DNA of 35,763 nucleotides. Source: a virus. The notes beneath the pieces were generated by a model. The model ran no database searches and was not told the DNA's origin. It saw nothing but the letters and a program-made list of their open reading frames with translations. Location of the stretch: the IMG/VR virus record IMGVR_UViG_3300045988_049511, positions 1 to 35,763 of that record. The stretch is one strand, 5' to 3'. Of this stretch, positions 1 through 6,514 are shown piece by piece. Position 1 is the stretch's first letter; the number at the start of each line of letters is the position of its first letter. A program made the translations under genes and the position numbers.

Positions 1-141
1 GTGGAGGCGGTAACGGTTGCATCGTTTAACTAATCATTTCGGCAATCAATCGGTATATTTGCCGAAATATAAAAGAGCGATATCCAATTTCGGCAATGCT
101 AAAGGCAACATGCTGAAATTCAATAGTCCCGGCAGCTCAAC
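1..141. repeat. Left copy of a 141-bp terminal direct repeat, identical to 35623-35763
   Basis: Compared base by base: gtggaggcggtaacggttgc...cccggcagctcaac occurs at both ends of the window. Confidence 0.97.
36..97. repeat. Three copies of an 11-mer ATTTCGGCAAT (36-46 direct, 58-68 inverted with 10/11 match, 87-97 direct); candidate recombinase or accessory-protein binding sites in the att-like region
   Basis: Read directly. 36-45 and 59-68 form a perfect 10-bp inverted repeat with a 13-nt spacer. The motif lies between the end of the late operon and the integrase stop. Confidence 0.6.
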
Positions 142-144
142 CTA

Positions 145-176
145 ACCGCACTGATTTTCAGTGCGGTATCTTTTTT
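145..176 (+). terminator. Rho-independent terminator closing the late/lysis operon
   Basis: 9-bp perfect stem ACCGCACTG (145-153) / CAGTGCGGT (159-167), loop ATTTT, then ATC plus T6 (171-176). Confidence 0.75.
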
Positions 177-216
177 GTTATATAATCTGTTGTATTATAC
201 GATCGAAAAACCGTCC

Positions 217-1491
217 CTACTTGAAGAACGGATGGTTGCTCAATATCTCGGCATTCTCCTCTGCAGATACGCGGATGTACTTCAGAAACGTGCTCTCCAG
301 GCGGTGCCCCGTGATCTTCATGATAGCAATGGTGGGAACGCCTGCCTTGTAGGCGTTCGTCGCAAATGACCTGCGGGCCGTGTGGGAGCTGACAAGCTGG
401 TATTTCGGGAGCACGACCTCCGTATTGTGCCCTCCGACATTCTTGTTGACGAGTACCTCTTCGTCGATGCCGGCCATACGGCACAAATCCTTGATGTGGG
501 CGTTCAGCTTCTGGTCGCTTACCGTGTCGGACAGATCGAACCCGCTGTCGATAATCTCCCGGACGACGGGATGGATCGGTATGACCACCGGCGTCCCTGT
601 CTTCTGCGTCTTGATCGTGATGAACTTGCCGATATGCGCATCCCGCAGCCGCGAGAAGTCGGACACCCGTAGCCCGGTGTAGCAGCCGATCAGGAACAGA
701 TTGCGCGCTCGGTTGAGTGCCGAGATACGCTTCGTCAGCCAGTCGCCGGATATGGGGTGTTTCGGGTCCTGCACCGTCGATTCGTCGATCTTCAATGAGC
801 GGATCAGGTCCAGCTCCTCCGGAGACAGATACACCGAATCGGCTGTGTCGTTCGGACACGTGAAGTCCCGGTGGACTGTGCCGGTTCCGTCATGCAGGTG
901 GTCGACATCGCGGGCCTCCTTGTATACCTGCTTTATGACCTTCATGATATTCCCGAAGTAGTTCCGCGAGAATCCCTGCGCGAAGAACCACCGCTTGAAG
1001 CGGTTGTAGAAGTCGATGTTTACGTGGTCGAATTTCACCCGGTAGCGGGCGAATGTCTCGAACTCACGCAGCTTGTTGAGCACGACCCGGTATATCTTCA
1101 CCGTATCAGTCCCCCGGACGTTTTGATAGCGCGGGATGTAGACGTTCGCAAGATACTCGGCGAGGTACTGGGGGCCTTCCGTCGTCTCTTCGCGTCCTGA
1201 TGCTGACAATTCGGCAATCTTCGCCGAGAACTCCTCGGCCGTCGGGACCCGTCGGCTGTCCATGAAATAGCGGTATGCGCGGCGGCCTATCTCCTCCCAG
1301 CGATCAATGGCGGCATTTACGATATTCCCGTCAAAATCGGCCGTCACCTTCGCCTGCTGCTTCGCCGCATTCCAATACTTCGGGGGTAGACCTACTCCGA
1401 TGCTCTTGCGATACTGCTTGCCGAATATCGACATGAGCATCACGACCGTGGCCTTCGGGCGGTGCTTGTTGGTGATGATGAAGGTGACCAT
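217..1491 (-). CDS. int: Tyrosine recombinase / phage integrase (Bacteroidetes type)
   Basis: 424 aa. The C-terminal catalytic signature is visible: LRVSDFSRL (Arg), HTARRSFAT (HxxR), GHRLESTFLKYIR (His...Tyr). It is the last gene of the minus-strand lysogeny operon. Confidence 0.93.
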   Translation of the reverse strand: MVTFIITNKHRPKATVVMLMSIFGKQYRKSIGVGLPPKYWNAAKQQAKVTADFDGNIVNAAIDRWEEIGRRAYRYFMDSRRVPTAEEFSAKIAELSASGREETTEGPQYLAEYLANVYIPRYQNVRGTDTVKIYRVVLNKLREFETFARYRVKFDHVNIDFYNRFKRWFFAQGFSRNYFGNIMKVIKQVYKEARDVDHLHDGTGTVHRDFTCPNDTADSVYLSPEELDLIRSLKIDESTVQDPKHPISGDWLTKRISALNRARNLFLIGCYTGLRVSDFSRLRDAHIGKFITIKTQKTGTPVVIPIHPVVREIIDSGFDLSDTVSDQKLNAHIKDLCRMAGIDEEVLVNKNVGGHNTEVVLPKYQLVSSHTARRSFATNAYKAGVPTIAIMKITGHRLESTFLKYIRVSAEENAEILSNHPFFK

Positions 1492-1495
1492 GGTG

Positions 1496-1729
1496 TTATT
1501 TATCCCGGCTCAAAAGGAATTTGCCAATGGATGCCACGCACCACAGCAGTGCGCCGAACGAGAACGATCCGATTCCGGAACCGATCAGATATCCGGCGTT
1601 GAGCTCACCGACGATGAGGTTGTAGATTCCGAATGCCGCAGCGATGACGCCCACAGCCAGGAAGAGATATCCCATGGCATTTGCAACGGCGGCCGATGAT
1701 TTCAGTTCTTTGAGAATTTTTTCTGACAT
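1496..1729 (-). CDS. Small membrane protein, two predicted TM helices, unknown function
   Basis: 77 aa with two long hydrophobic stretches (GYLFLAVGVIAAAFGIY and GSFSFGALLWCVASI). The stop lies 4 nt upstream of the int start codon (1492-1495), and an 8-nt gap separates it from the lipoprotein gene. Confidence 0.7.
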   Translation of the reverse strand: MSEKILKELKSSAAVANAMGYLFLAVGVIAAAFGIYNLIVGELNAGYLIGSGIGSFSFGALLWCVASIGKFLLSRDK

Positions 1730-1737
1730 AGTATCTG

Positions 1738-2343
1738 TTATTTAATCTTCCAGTCATACGGTACGACAACACGCTCGGTCATGCAATCTTTTATGAAATT
1801 GAAGGTCATGCCGTTTTCGGAGGTGATGGATATGTCCGACCAGCTCTTCCAACCGTTGGGATTGAATGTCGTGTTGCACAAGTATTTTTTCGCCGCTCCG
1901 GTGCCGATGATGATATTGGGCCATCCTGATTGTAAATTTGGAGCGCATGATTCCAAGACCCATCCCTGGTCGGTGAAGTTGACGACCTTAACTTTCGCCT
2001 GGAACCTTGCACCTCCGTCAAGCACAATGTTCAACGTAGGATAATATTCTCCACCTTTCAGACCGTAGATGGTATAGAATTCATAATTTTCATCGGTGTA
2101 CGTTTTCCCCATGTCGACGGTCGACTGTACATCGGGTATTAACTCGGCAAGGTAATCGGGCACAAGCACCTCGAATCCGTCTCCGGTCAGAGTGTCTGCC
2201 ATCATGCACACGCCTCCAAATCCTTCGATATATGCACTTCCGAAGAAGACGGTGCGGTTTGAATATTTGGGTGTTTCTGTTTCATTGTTTCTTGCACATC
2301 CTACCAATACAATGGATAACAATATTACTATATACTTATACAT
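1738..2343 (-). CDS. Lipoprotein, unknown function (lysogenic-conversion or exclusion candidate)
   Basis: 201 aa. The N-terminus MYKYIVILLSIVLVGC has a signal peptide and an L-V-G-C lipobox. It is visibly AT-richer than its neighbours (hand counts of 33-38% GC in two 60-nt samples). Confidence 0.8.
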   Translation of the reverse strand: MYKYIVILLSIVLVGCARNNETETPKYSNRTVFFGSAYIEGFGGVCMMADTLTGDGFEVLVPDYLAELIPDVQSTVDMGKTYTDENYEFYTIYGLKGGEYYPTLNIVLDGGARFQAKVKVVNFTDQGWVLESCAPNLQSGWPNIIIGTGAAKKYLCNTTFNPNGWKSWSDISITSENGMTFNFIKDCMTERVVVPYDWKIK

Positions 2344-2346
2344 CTT

Positions 2347-2904
2347 TCACTTGTTAGCTATTCGATTGATATTTGCGACAATACTTATGATGAATATTGC
2401 GGCGAACACAACAAACACAAATGTCGGATTGATCCAGTCGGCCGCAACCGCTACGACGAGGAATATCATCAACCCCACAACGATAACCCCTCCGACCGTG
2501 AGCTGCATATCTTTTCGGTCCTTCTCGTGCTGCGCTTTCAACTTCTCGGTCTCTGATCGGAGGCGCACGATCTCCGCATCGCGGCGTGCTACCTCGGCCA
2601 TTTGCCGGGATATTTCCTTTTGCGCATTCTCCAGCGCACGCGCATACTGGGTCTTCAGTCGTTCGATCTCCGCCGCCATGCCGTTGATCCCGCTGTCAGC
2701 CGTTCTTCGGCTCCTTCTACGCGTTTTACCCGGGTTAGCGATATCATTGTAGGCTTCGTTCACCCGTTTGATCAGATCGTCGAAAAATGGGTCTCCGTCG
2801 TGTTTGTCCGGATGGAGCTTGCTGACGTACATTTTGTACGCCTTCTTCACCTCTTCCAGGGTCGCATCCGGTGTCAGCCCCAATATTTCGTACGGGTCCG
2901 TCAT
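2347..2904 (-). CDS. J-domain (DnaJ-like) protein with coiled coil and C-terminal membrane anchor
   Basis: 185 aa. DPYEILGL...KKAYK...LHPDK is a canonical J domain with the HPD tripeptide. A basic linker follows, then a heptad-like ERLKTQYARALENAQKEI...KLKAQHEKDRK segment, then two hydrophobic helices (VGGVIVVGLMIFLVVAVAA and FVFVVFAAIFIISIVA). Confidence 0.85.
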   Translation of the reverse strand: MTDPYEILGLTPDATLEEVKKAYKMYVSKLHPDKHDGDPFFDDLIKRVNEAYNDIANPGKTRRRSRRTADSGINGMAAEIERLKTQYARALENAQKEISRQMAEVARRDAEIVRLRSETEKLKAQHEKDRKDMQLTVGGVIVVGLMIFLVVAVAADWINPTFVFVVFAAIFIISIVANINRIANK

Positions 2905-2905
2905 T

Positions 2906-3553
2906 TTACAGTTGTCGGCGGTTCAGCTTTCCTTTGACCAAAAATATCTTCAGTACGTCGTTGCGCGGGACAATCGTGTCGCCGGCATACTTCGGGTTTG
3001 TCGCCCGAAGTATGAAGTTTTGCCGGTCCTCCGACAAATATACGTTTTTTATCGTTCGGAGATTATCGCAGGCGGCATTCGTGATGACGAGATACGGCTC
3101 GCCCCAAAGCATCGAATCGACATTGCGAATCTCTCGGACGAGAATCACCTCTCCGGGGTAGAAGTCCGGGACCATGCTGTCGCCGTATACGGGGAATGCG
3201 GCGTCGCAGTCGTTCAGTGGCGGAAAGTTGATATAGTATTGCACCTCTTCGCGCACGTCGTGAAACGACTCCGTTATGGATGCCGTCACATCCATGTCAT
3301 AATAAGGTATTCCCTTCCCGTCTGACGCATTATTCTCCGATTTAGTCATCTCTCCTCGTCCGGTTAGAATCCAATCCGGACTTGTGTCGAAGTATTTTGC
3401 AAGTAATTCTATTGTGCTGCTGCTTGGCTTTGCCGTTGAATTATTGATAATTCGGCTCATTGTCGCCTGCGACACACCTGTATGCATCGAAACAATATAA
3501 GGAGTAACGCCTTTATATTCAAGCAGTTTTTTTATTCTTTCACCTATACACAT
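2906..3553 (-). CDS. cI: CI-like repressor: XRE-type HTH plus S24 (LexA-like) autopeptidase domain
   Basis: 215 aa. The N-terminal HTH is IVSMHTGVSQATMSRIINN. The C-terminal part has GDSMVPDFYPGEVILV (S24 Ser motif) and a downstream VKGK. It is divergent from the early operon. Confidence 0.88.
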   Translation of the reverse strand: MCIGERIKKLLEYKGVTPYIVSMHTGVSQATMSRIINNSTAKPSSSTIELLAKYFDTSPDWILTGRGEMTKSENNASDGKGIPYYDMDVTASITESFHDVREEVQYYINFPPLNDCDAAFPVYGDSMVPDFYPGEVILVREIRNVDSMLWGEPYLVITNAACDNLRTIKNVYLSEDRQNFILRATNPKYAGDTIVPRNDVLKIFLVKGKLNRRQL

Positions 3554-3687
3554 AAAAATAATTGCATTTTACTTGCATAATGCTTGCATTATACTTATAT
3601 TTGCAATGCGAACGCAACCGATACCGCAAAGATACGGCGACGGTTCACGGCTTGAAATAGCAAATATATATAAATTTTTGAGAACAA
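3554..3687. promoter_or_regulatory. Divergent switch region: operator-like repeats plus Bacteroidetes -7 boxes on both strands
   Basis: TTGCAT at 3562, 3573 and 3584 (11-bp phasing) and TTGCAA at 3601. A perfect palindrome ATAATGC-tt-GCATTAT lies at 3577-3592. TATATTTG (TAnnTTTG) lies at 3596-3603 on the plus strand, and CAAATATA at 3661-3668 gives TATATTTG on the minus strand. Confidence 0.7.
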
Positions 3688-3912
3688 ATGCAATATCCGC
3701 GATCGAAATCATTCAACAAGGGCCTGCGCGAGGTTGCATACGGCAAGCATAAGGAGTTGAAGGCTGCGCTTATGAAAGCAATCGGAATCGCCTCCGAGCC
3801 AATATGGCGCAAGTACCGTGACGGCCAGACGAAATACCTCGACGTAGACGTCGCCCGTCGCATCGAAGAGACGTTTGCCGCATTTGGCGTGAAGAATCCC
3901 TGGGGAGAGTAG
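3688..3912 (+). CDS. Small early protein, Cro-like by position (putative DNA-binding)
   Basis: 74 aa. It is the first gene of the rightward operon, divergent from cI. The function is positional inference only. Confidence 0.6.
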   Translation: MQYPRSKSFNKGLREVAYGKHKELKAALMKAIGIASEPIWRKYRDGQTKYLDVDVARRIEETFAAFGVKNPWGE

Positions 3913-3914
3913 CC

Positions 3915-4295
3915 ATGAAGACGGATTCCATACTCTCAAAGGCCGAGGCACGCGTATCGCGTGGGTACGTGGAGGGATTGAGCGGCAAGGAGATCGCCGA
4001 CCGTCTATGCATATCGTACAACACGGTGATCCGCCACACGCAGAATATCTACGAGAAGATCGGCCGGCACTCCATTCACGGGCTGGTGGCGTGGTGGTTC
4101 TGCGCGAACTTCGACATTGAGCTGGAAGAGATAATCCGTCGCATCGGGGCCGCCTGCCTGCTGGGTTTGTTCTGCGCTTACACCTTCGGAGGCGGGGATT
4201 TTGAGCGAACGGCACGCCGGGCACGACGCAGTCGCCGGGAAGTTGAATATGTAATCGGAGGACAGGATTATGATAGCATTGAATTCGACGAATGA
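3915..4295 (+). CDS. LuxR/GerE-type HTH regulator with a hydrophobic C-terminal segment
   Basis: LSKAEARV...GLSGKEIADRLCISYNTVIRHTQNIYEKIG matches the LuxR C-terminal HTH pattern. It is followed by IGAACLLGLFCAYTF. Confidence 0.8.
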   Translation: MKTDSILSKAEARVSRGYVEGLSGKEIADRLCISYNTVIRHTQNIYEKIGRHSIHGLVAWWFCANFDIELEEIIRRIGAACLLGLFCAYTFGGGDFERTARRARRSRREVEYVIGGQDYDSIEFDE

Positions 4296-4572
4296 CATAC
4301 TTGCCGAGAATATGGCACTGAAAGAGCAGCTTGACCGGGCCCTTCGGATCATGGCGAACCATCCGCTTACGGTAGCCGAGACGTGCGAGGCGTTGAAGAT
4401 CAACCGCGACACCGTGAGAGACTATCTGAAACGCGGGATCCTGCGACGGCATCCTAAGTCCACCAGCGGCCGGGTTTTGATATTCGGCGACGAGGTGGTG
4501 ACGCACACGAAAAAGGATCTGCGCCGGATCAAGAGATGCAAGAAATGGGGAATCAATCCAGACACGATATGA
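4270..4572 (+). CDS. Excisionase-like (MerR/Xis-type) HTH protein
   Basis: 100 aa. LTVAETCEALKINRDTVRDYLKRGIL is a typical HTH_17/Xis-like helix-turn-helix. The start is uncertain (4270 or 4312). Confidence 0.6.
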   Translation: MIALNSTNDILAENMALKEQLDRALRIMANHPLTVAETCEALKINRDTVRDYLKRGILRRHPKSTSGRVLIFGDEVVTHTKKDLRRIKRCKKWGINPDTI

Positions 4573-4724
4573 CAATGACAGAACGCAGGCCCTATCATGG
4601 GGTCGAATTCCAGGTCTACGACCTGACGCCGGAGGAGGCATACCGGCAGAGCCTCCGGGACTACAAGACCAGCCGCAAAGGCATCATCAAATGCGCGATA
4701 AAGCGGTGGTTGGGGATAAAATAG
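4569..4724 (+). CDS. Small hypothetical protein (51 aa)
   Basis: ATGA start/stop overlap with the preceding gene at 4569-4572. No recognisable motif. Confidence 0.45.
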   Translation: MTMTERRPYHGVEFQVYDLTPEEAYRQSLRDYKTSRKGIIKCAIKRWLGIK

Positions 4725-5195
4725 CAATCCGGGTGCGTGGTGGAACAATGAGATACACGGGAATCTGAAGCGGTCGAACGCAAAAGGACTGGTCGAAATC
4801 GTAGAGAGGTTGAAAACCCTCGTACCGGTCGCCCAAAACCGCATGGCAGGGATGCCGATCGGGTAATAAGTTCAAGAGACGTAACGTCGTTCCCCGATCA
4901 ATCGACAATGAAAGCGTTGCAGGTGCAAGTCCTGCCGCACCCTCAAATAGCCACCCTTCGAGGTGAGGGGTCTTTCGCTGGCAATAACCCCACAGCAAAG
5001 CGATGCGGCAGTTCTTTGACATTGTGGCGATCGTCTGAAACGACGTTAAACCCGGAGACCGACTTGGCGGCGACCGGGCGGGCAACCGACAAATACCAAT
5101 CATCGAGCGATGATGCGGAGCGATCCGCGGAGCCGAAACGACTTACCCGGTGTGGCTTGACCGCCTATCCGGGTGCAAACCAAAACTACAAGGAT
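4725..5195 (+). ncRNA. ORF-less, GC-rich 470-nt block with many local hairpins; candidate structured RNA or long leader (unclassified)
   Basis: Only very short ATG ORFs lie in the plus frames before 5196 (6, 7, 11 and 16 codons found by hand; the 4908 frame is treated separately). Hairpins seen: GATCGGG/CCCGATC (4857-4863 / 4894-4900) enclosing GACG-taa-CGTC; GCAGG/CCTGC (4919-4935); TCGCT/AGCGA (4974-5003); CCCGG/CCGGG (5051-5077); GCGGA/TCCGC (5115-5128); ACCCGG/CCGGGT (5145-5174). Confidence 0.3.
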
Positions 5196-5426
5196 ATGGT
5201 ACGAAACCCACAACGCGAGATCCTCGCCTACCTGCTGGCGGGCGGTAGGCTGACGGTACAGAAGGCATCGCGGCTGTTCGAAACTACCGAGTTGCGGAAG
5301 ATCGTCAGTCGGCTGCGACGCCTCGGGCAGCCGATCGAGGACGTCAAGCACTACGACACTACCCGTACGGGACGACGTGTTCAGTTCAAGGAATACTTCA
5401 TGAGGGCTTCAGGCTCCCGTAAATAG
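5196..5426 (+). CDS. Small winged-helix/HTH-like DNA-binding protein
   Basis: The 76-aa version starts at MVRNPQREILAYLLAGGRLTVQKASRLFETTELRKIVSRLRRLG. The upstream 96 codons of the 4908 ORF are Ser/Thr/Arg/Gly-rich and not protein-like. Confidence 0.6.
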   Translation: MVRNPQREILAYLLAGGRLTVQKASRLFETTELRKIVSRLRRLGQPIEDVKHYDTTRTGRRVQFKEYFMRASGSRK

Positions 5427-5496
5427 CCGGACACACATCACACACTTCCTTTCAGGTTAGACCATCACGCCGCCATCCGTGAGGCCCGCGGCGGTT

Positions 5497-5536
5497 CCGC
5501 CCCAATCTTGCCCGGCAGGGCGCCGGGGCGGTTTTT
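5497..5536 (+). terminator. Terminator-like hairpin plus T5, ending at the base before the tRNA-like element
   Basis: CCGCCCC (5497-5503) pairs with GGGGCGG (5525-5531), followed by TTTTT (5532-5536). Confidence 0.5.
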
Positions 5537-5621
5537 GGAGGATTGGCAGAGTGGCTGAATGCACATCACCGCTAACGAGGCAGGCGGCAACGCCTCGGGG
5601 GTTCGAATCCCTCACCCTCCG
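5537..5621 (+). tRNA. Class-II (long variable arm) tRNA-like element, Ser(GCU)-like but with a defective anticodon arm; possible pseudo-tRNA
   Basis: Acceptor GGAGGAT/ACCCTCC pairs 6 of 7 (one A-C). D arm is GCA-GAGTGGCTGAA-TGC. The variable hairpin is GGCG-GCAA-CGCC. The T arm is GGGGG-TTCGAAT-CCCTC. The anticodon arm CATCA-CCGCTAA-CGAGG pairs only 3 of 5, and position 33 is C rather than U. No CCA is encoded. Confidence 0.5.
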
Positions 5622-5751
5622 CAAACCCTTTTGGATTGGTGTTGGCAAGTAGGACGACGATGACGTATGGGATTTACGCATTAGGATATGCGGTGGCAAA
5701 GCGGAAAAGACGCTTGACTTCATCGGACAGATAACGCGAAAGCCAATGGCG

Positions 5752-5771
5752 GCCCGGAAAGACGGGCTTTT
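5752..5771 (+). terminator. Terminator-like hairpin plus T-run abutting tRNA-Gln
   Basis: GCCCG-GAAAGA-CGGGC (5752-5767) followed by a T run (5768-5772). The last T is base 1 of the tRNA. Confidence 0.5.
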
Positions 5772-5842
5772 TGATCCTTGGTGTAACGGTAGCACCGCAG
5801 ACTTTGGTTCTGCTGGCCCCGGTTCGAATCCGGGAGGGTCAA
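5772..5842 (+). tRNA. tRNA-Gln (anticodon UUG)
   Basis: Folded by hand. Acceptor TGATCCT/AGGGTCA (U1-A72, one G-U). D arm GTGT-AACGGTA-GCAC. Anticodon arm GCAGA-CTTTGGT-TCTGC. T arm CCCGG-TTCGAAT-CCGGG. Discriminator A. Confidence 0.9.
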
Positions 5843-5862
5843 CAACTCAACACCAACAGACT

Positions 5863-6024
5863 ATGGACGCATACAAGAACAAGCGCGGCGAGCAGTTGAA
5901 GCCGCTGAATGTGGGGCCGCACACGTGGCTCCTGGTATCACCCGACAAGGCGACGAAGGAACGCGCCAACAAGTTCAAGCGCGACTGCGAACGGTCGCAA
6001 AGGATGGCGAAGAATATCCGGTAG
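5863..6024 (+). CDS. Small basic hypothetical protein (53 aa)
   Basis: This is the first ATG downstream of tRNA-Gln in the 5746 frame. The longer ORF would overlap the tRNA. Confidence 0.5.
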   Translation: MDAYKNKRGEQLKPLNVGPHTWLLVSPDKATKERANKFKRDCERSQRMAKNIR

Positions 6025-6025
6025 T

Positions 6026-6340
6026 ATGAAAGGGTACAGGTTCAAAGACGAGATCGTGGAGCTACGGGACGGGGCGCACCGGGTGTGCGACCTGTCGGTA
6101 TTCTCCCCAAACGAATGTGTTAGGGTTGGCAAATACCGAATATATCCATACCCGTATATGTCTGATGTCAAAGCCATTGCAAAAGAACTGGCAAAAGAGA
6201 TAGGCATCAAGCTGCTTTCCGATGGCATTCTTAAAGTCGAAAGGCGTCCCGATTGCGTAATCGTGACGATGGAGAACATCCTCCTGCCCGACATTGACAC
6301 CGAGCGATTTGTGAAAAATAATTTTGCCAATTCAAAATGA
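6026..6340 (+). CDS. Hypothetical protein (104 aa)
   Basis: ATG at 6026, 1 nt after the preceding stop. The composition from MKGYRFKDEIVELRDG is protein-like. Confidence 0.6.
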   Translation: MKGYRFKDEIVELRDGAHRVCDLSVFSPNECVRVGKYRIYPYPYMSDVKAIAKELAKEIGIKLLSDGILKVERRPDCVIVTMENILLPDIDTERFVKNNFANSK

Positions 6341-6357
6341 ATCGCTATATTTGTCGC

Positions 6358-6481
6358 TGCCAAACAACTGCATTGCGCAGCTTATAAGTACATACGAAGC
6401 TCTTTTGGGCGTGTTCCCGTAGCACTTCTACTCTGCGTAGTTGTGGTTGTTTGGCGACAATAGGGGGCACGCCCTCTTTTT
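6358..6481 (+). ncRNA. Candidate small RNA between a TAnnTTTG box and an intrinsic terminator
   Basis: TATATTTG lies at 6346-6353. A closing stem pairs CCAAACAAC (6360-6368) with GTTGTTTGG (6446-6454). An inner stem pairs CGCAG (6376-6380) with CTGCG (6432-6436). The terminator is AGGGGG-CACG-CCCTCT (6462-6477) plus T-run. Confidence 0.35.
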
Positions 6482-6514
6482 ATACATACGTCAAACCAAA
6501 CTTGTGTTCTACAA

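Noticed and set aside
158-859. 233-aa minus-strand ORF in an alternative frame inside int
   Set aside because: The integrase frame carries the complete catalytic signature, whereas this frame is Arg/Gly/Pro-rich.
3709-4641. 310-aa minus-strand ORF across the early region
   Set aside because: It overlaps three plus-strand genes with clear HTH motifs. It is Arg/Pro-rich nonsense sequence.
4908-5195. N-terminal 96 codons of the 172-aa ORF 4908..5426
   Set aside because: The composition is Ser/Thr/Arg/Gly-rich and disordered-looking with no motif. The recognisable wHTH starts at the internal ATG 5196. It is kept open as an alternative in the ncRNA finding.
5537-5621. Reading the tRNA-like element as an amber suppressor (CTA in the loop region)
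   Set aside because: With CTA at positions 34-36, position 33 would be G and the flanking stem does not pair. No canonical CUA anticodon loop can be drawn, so the suppressor idea is not supported by the sequence alone.
5457-6024. ORFs 5457..5795 (-) and 5746..6024 (+, long form)
   Set aside because: They run through the tRNA-like element and tRNA-Gln. Only the part downstream of the tRNA (5863..6024) is kept.
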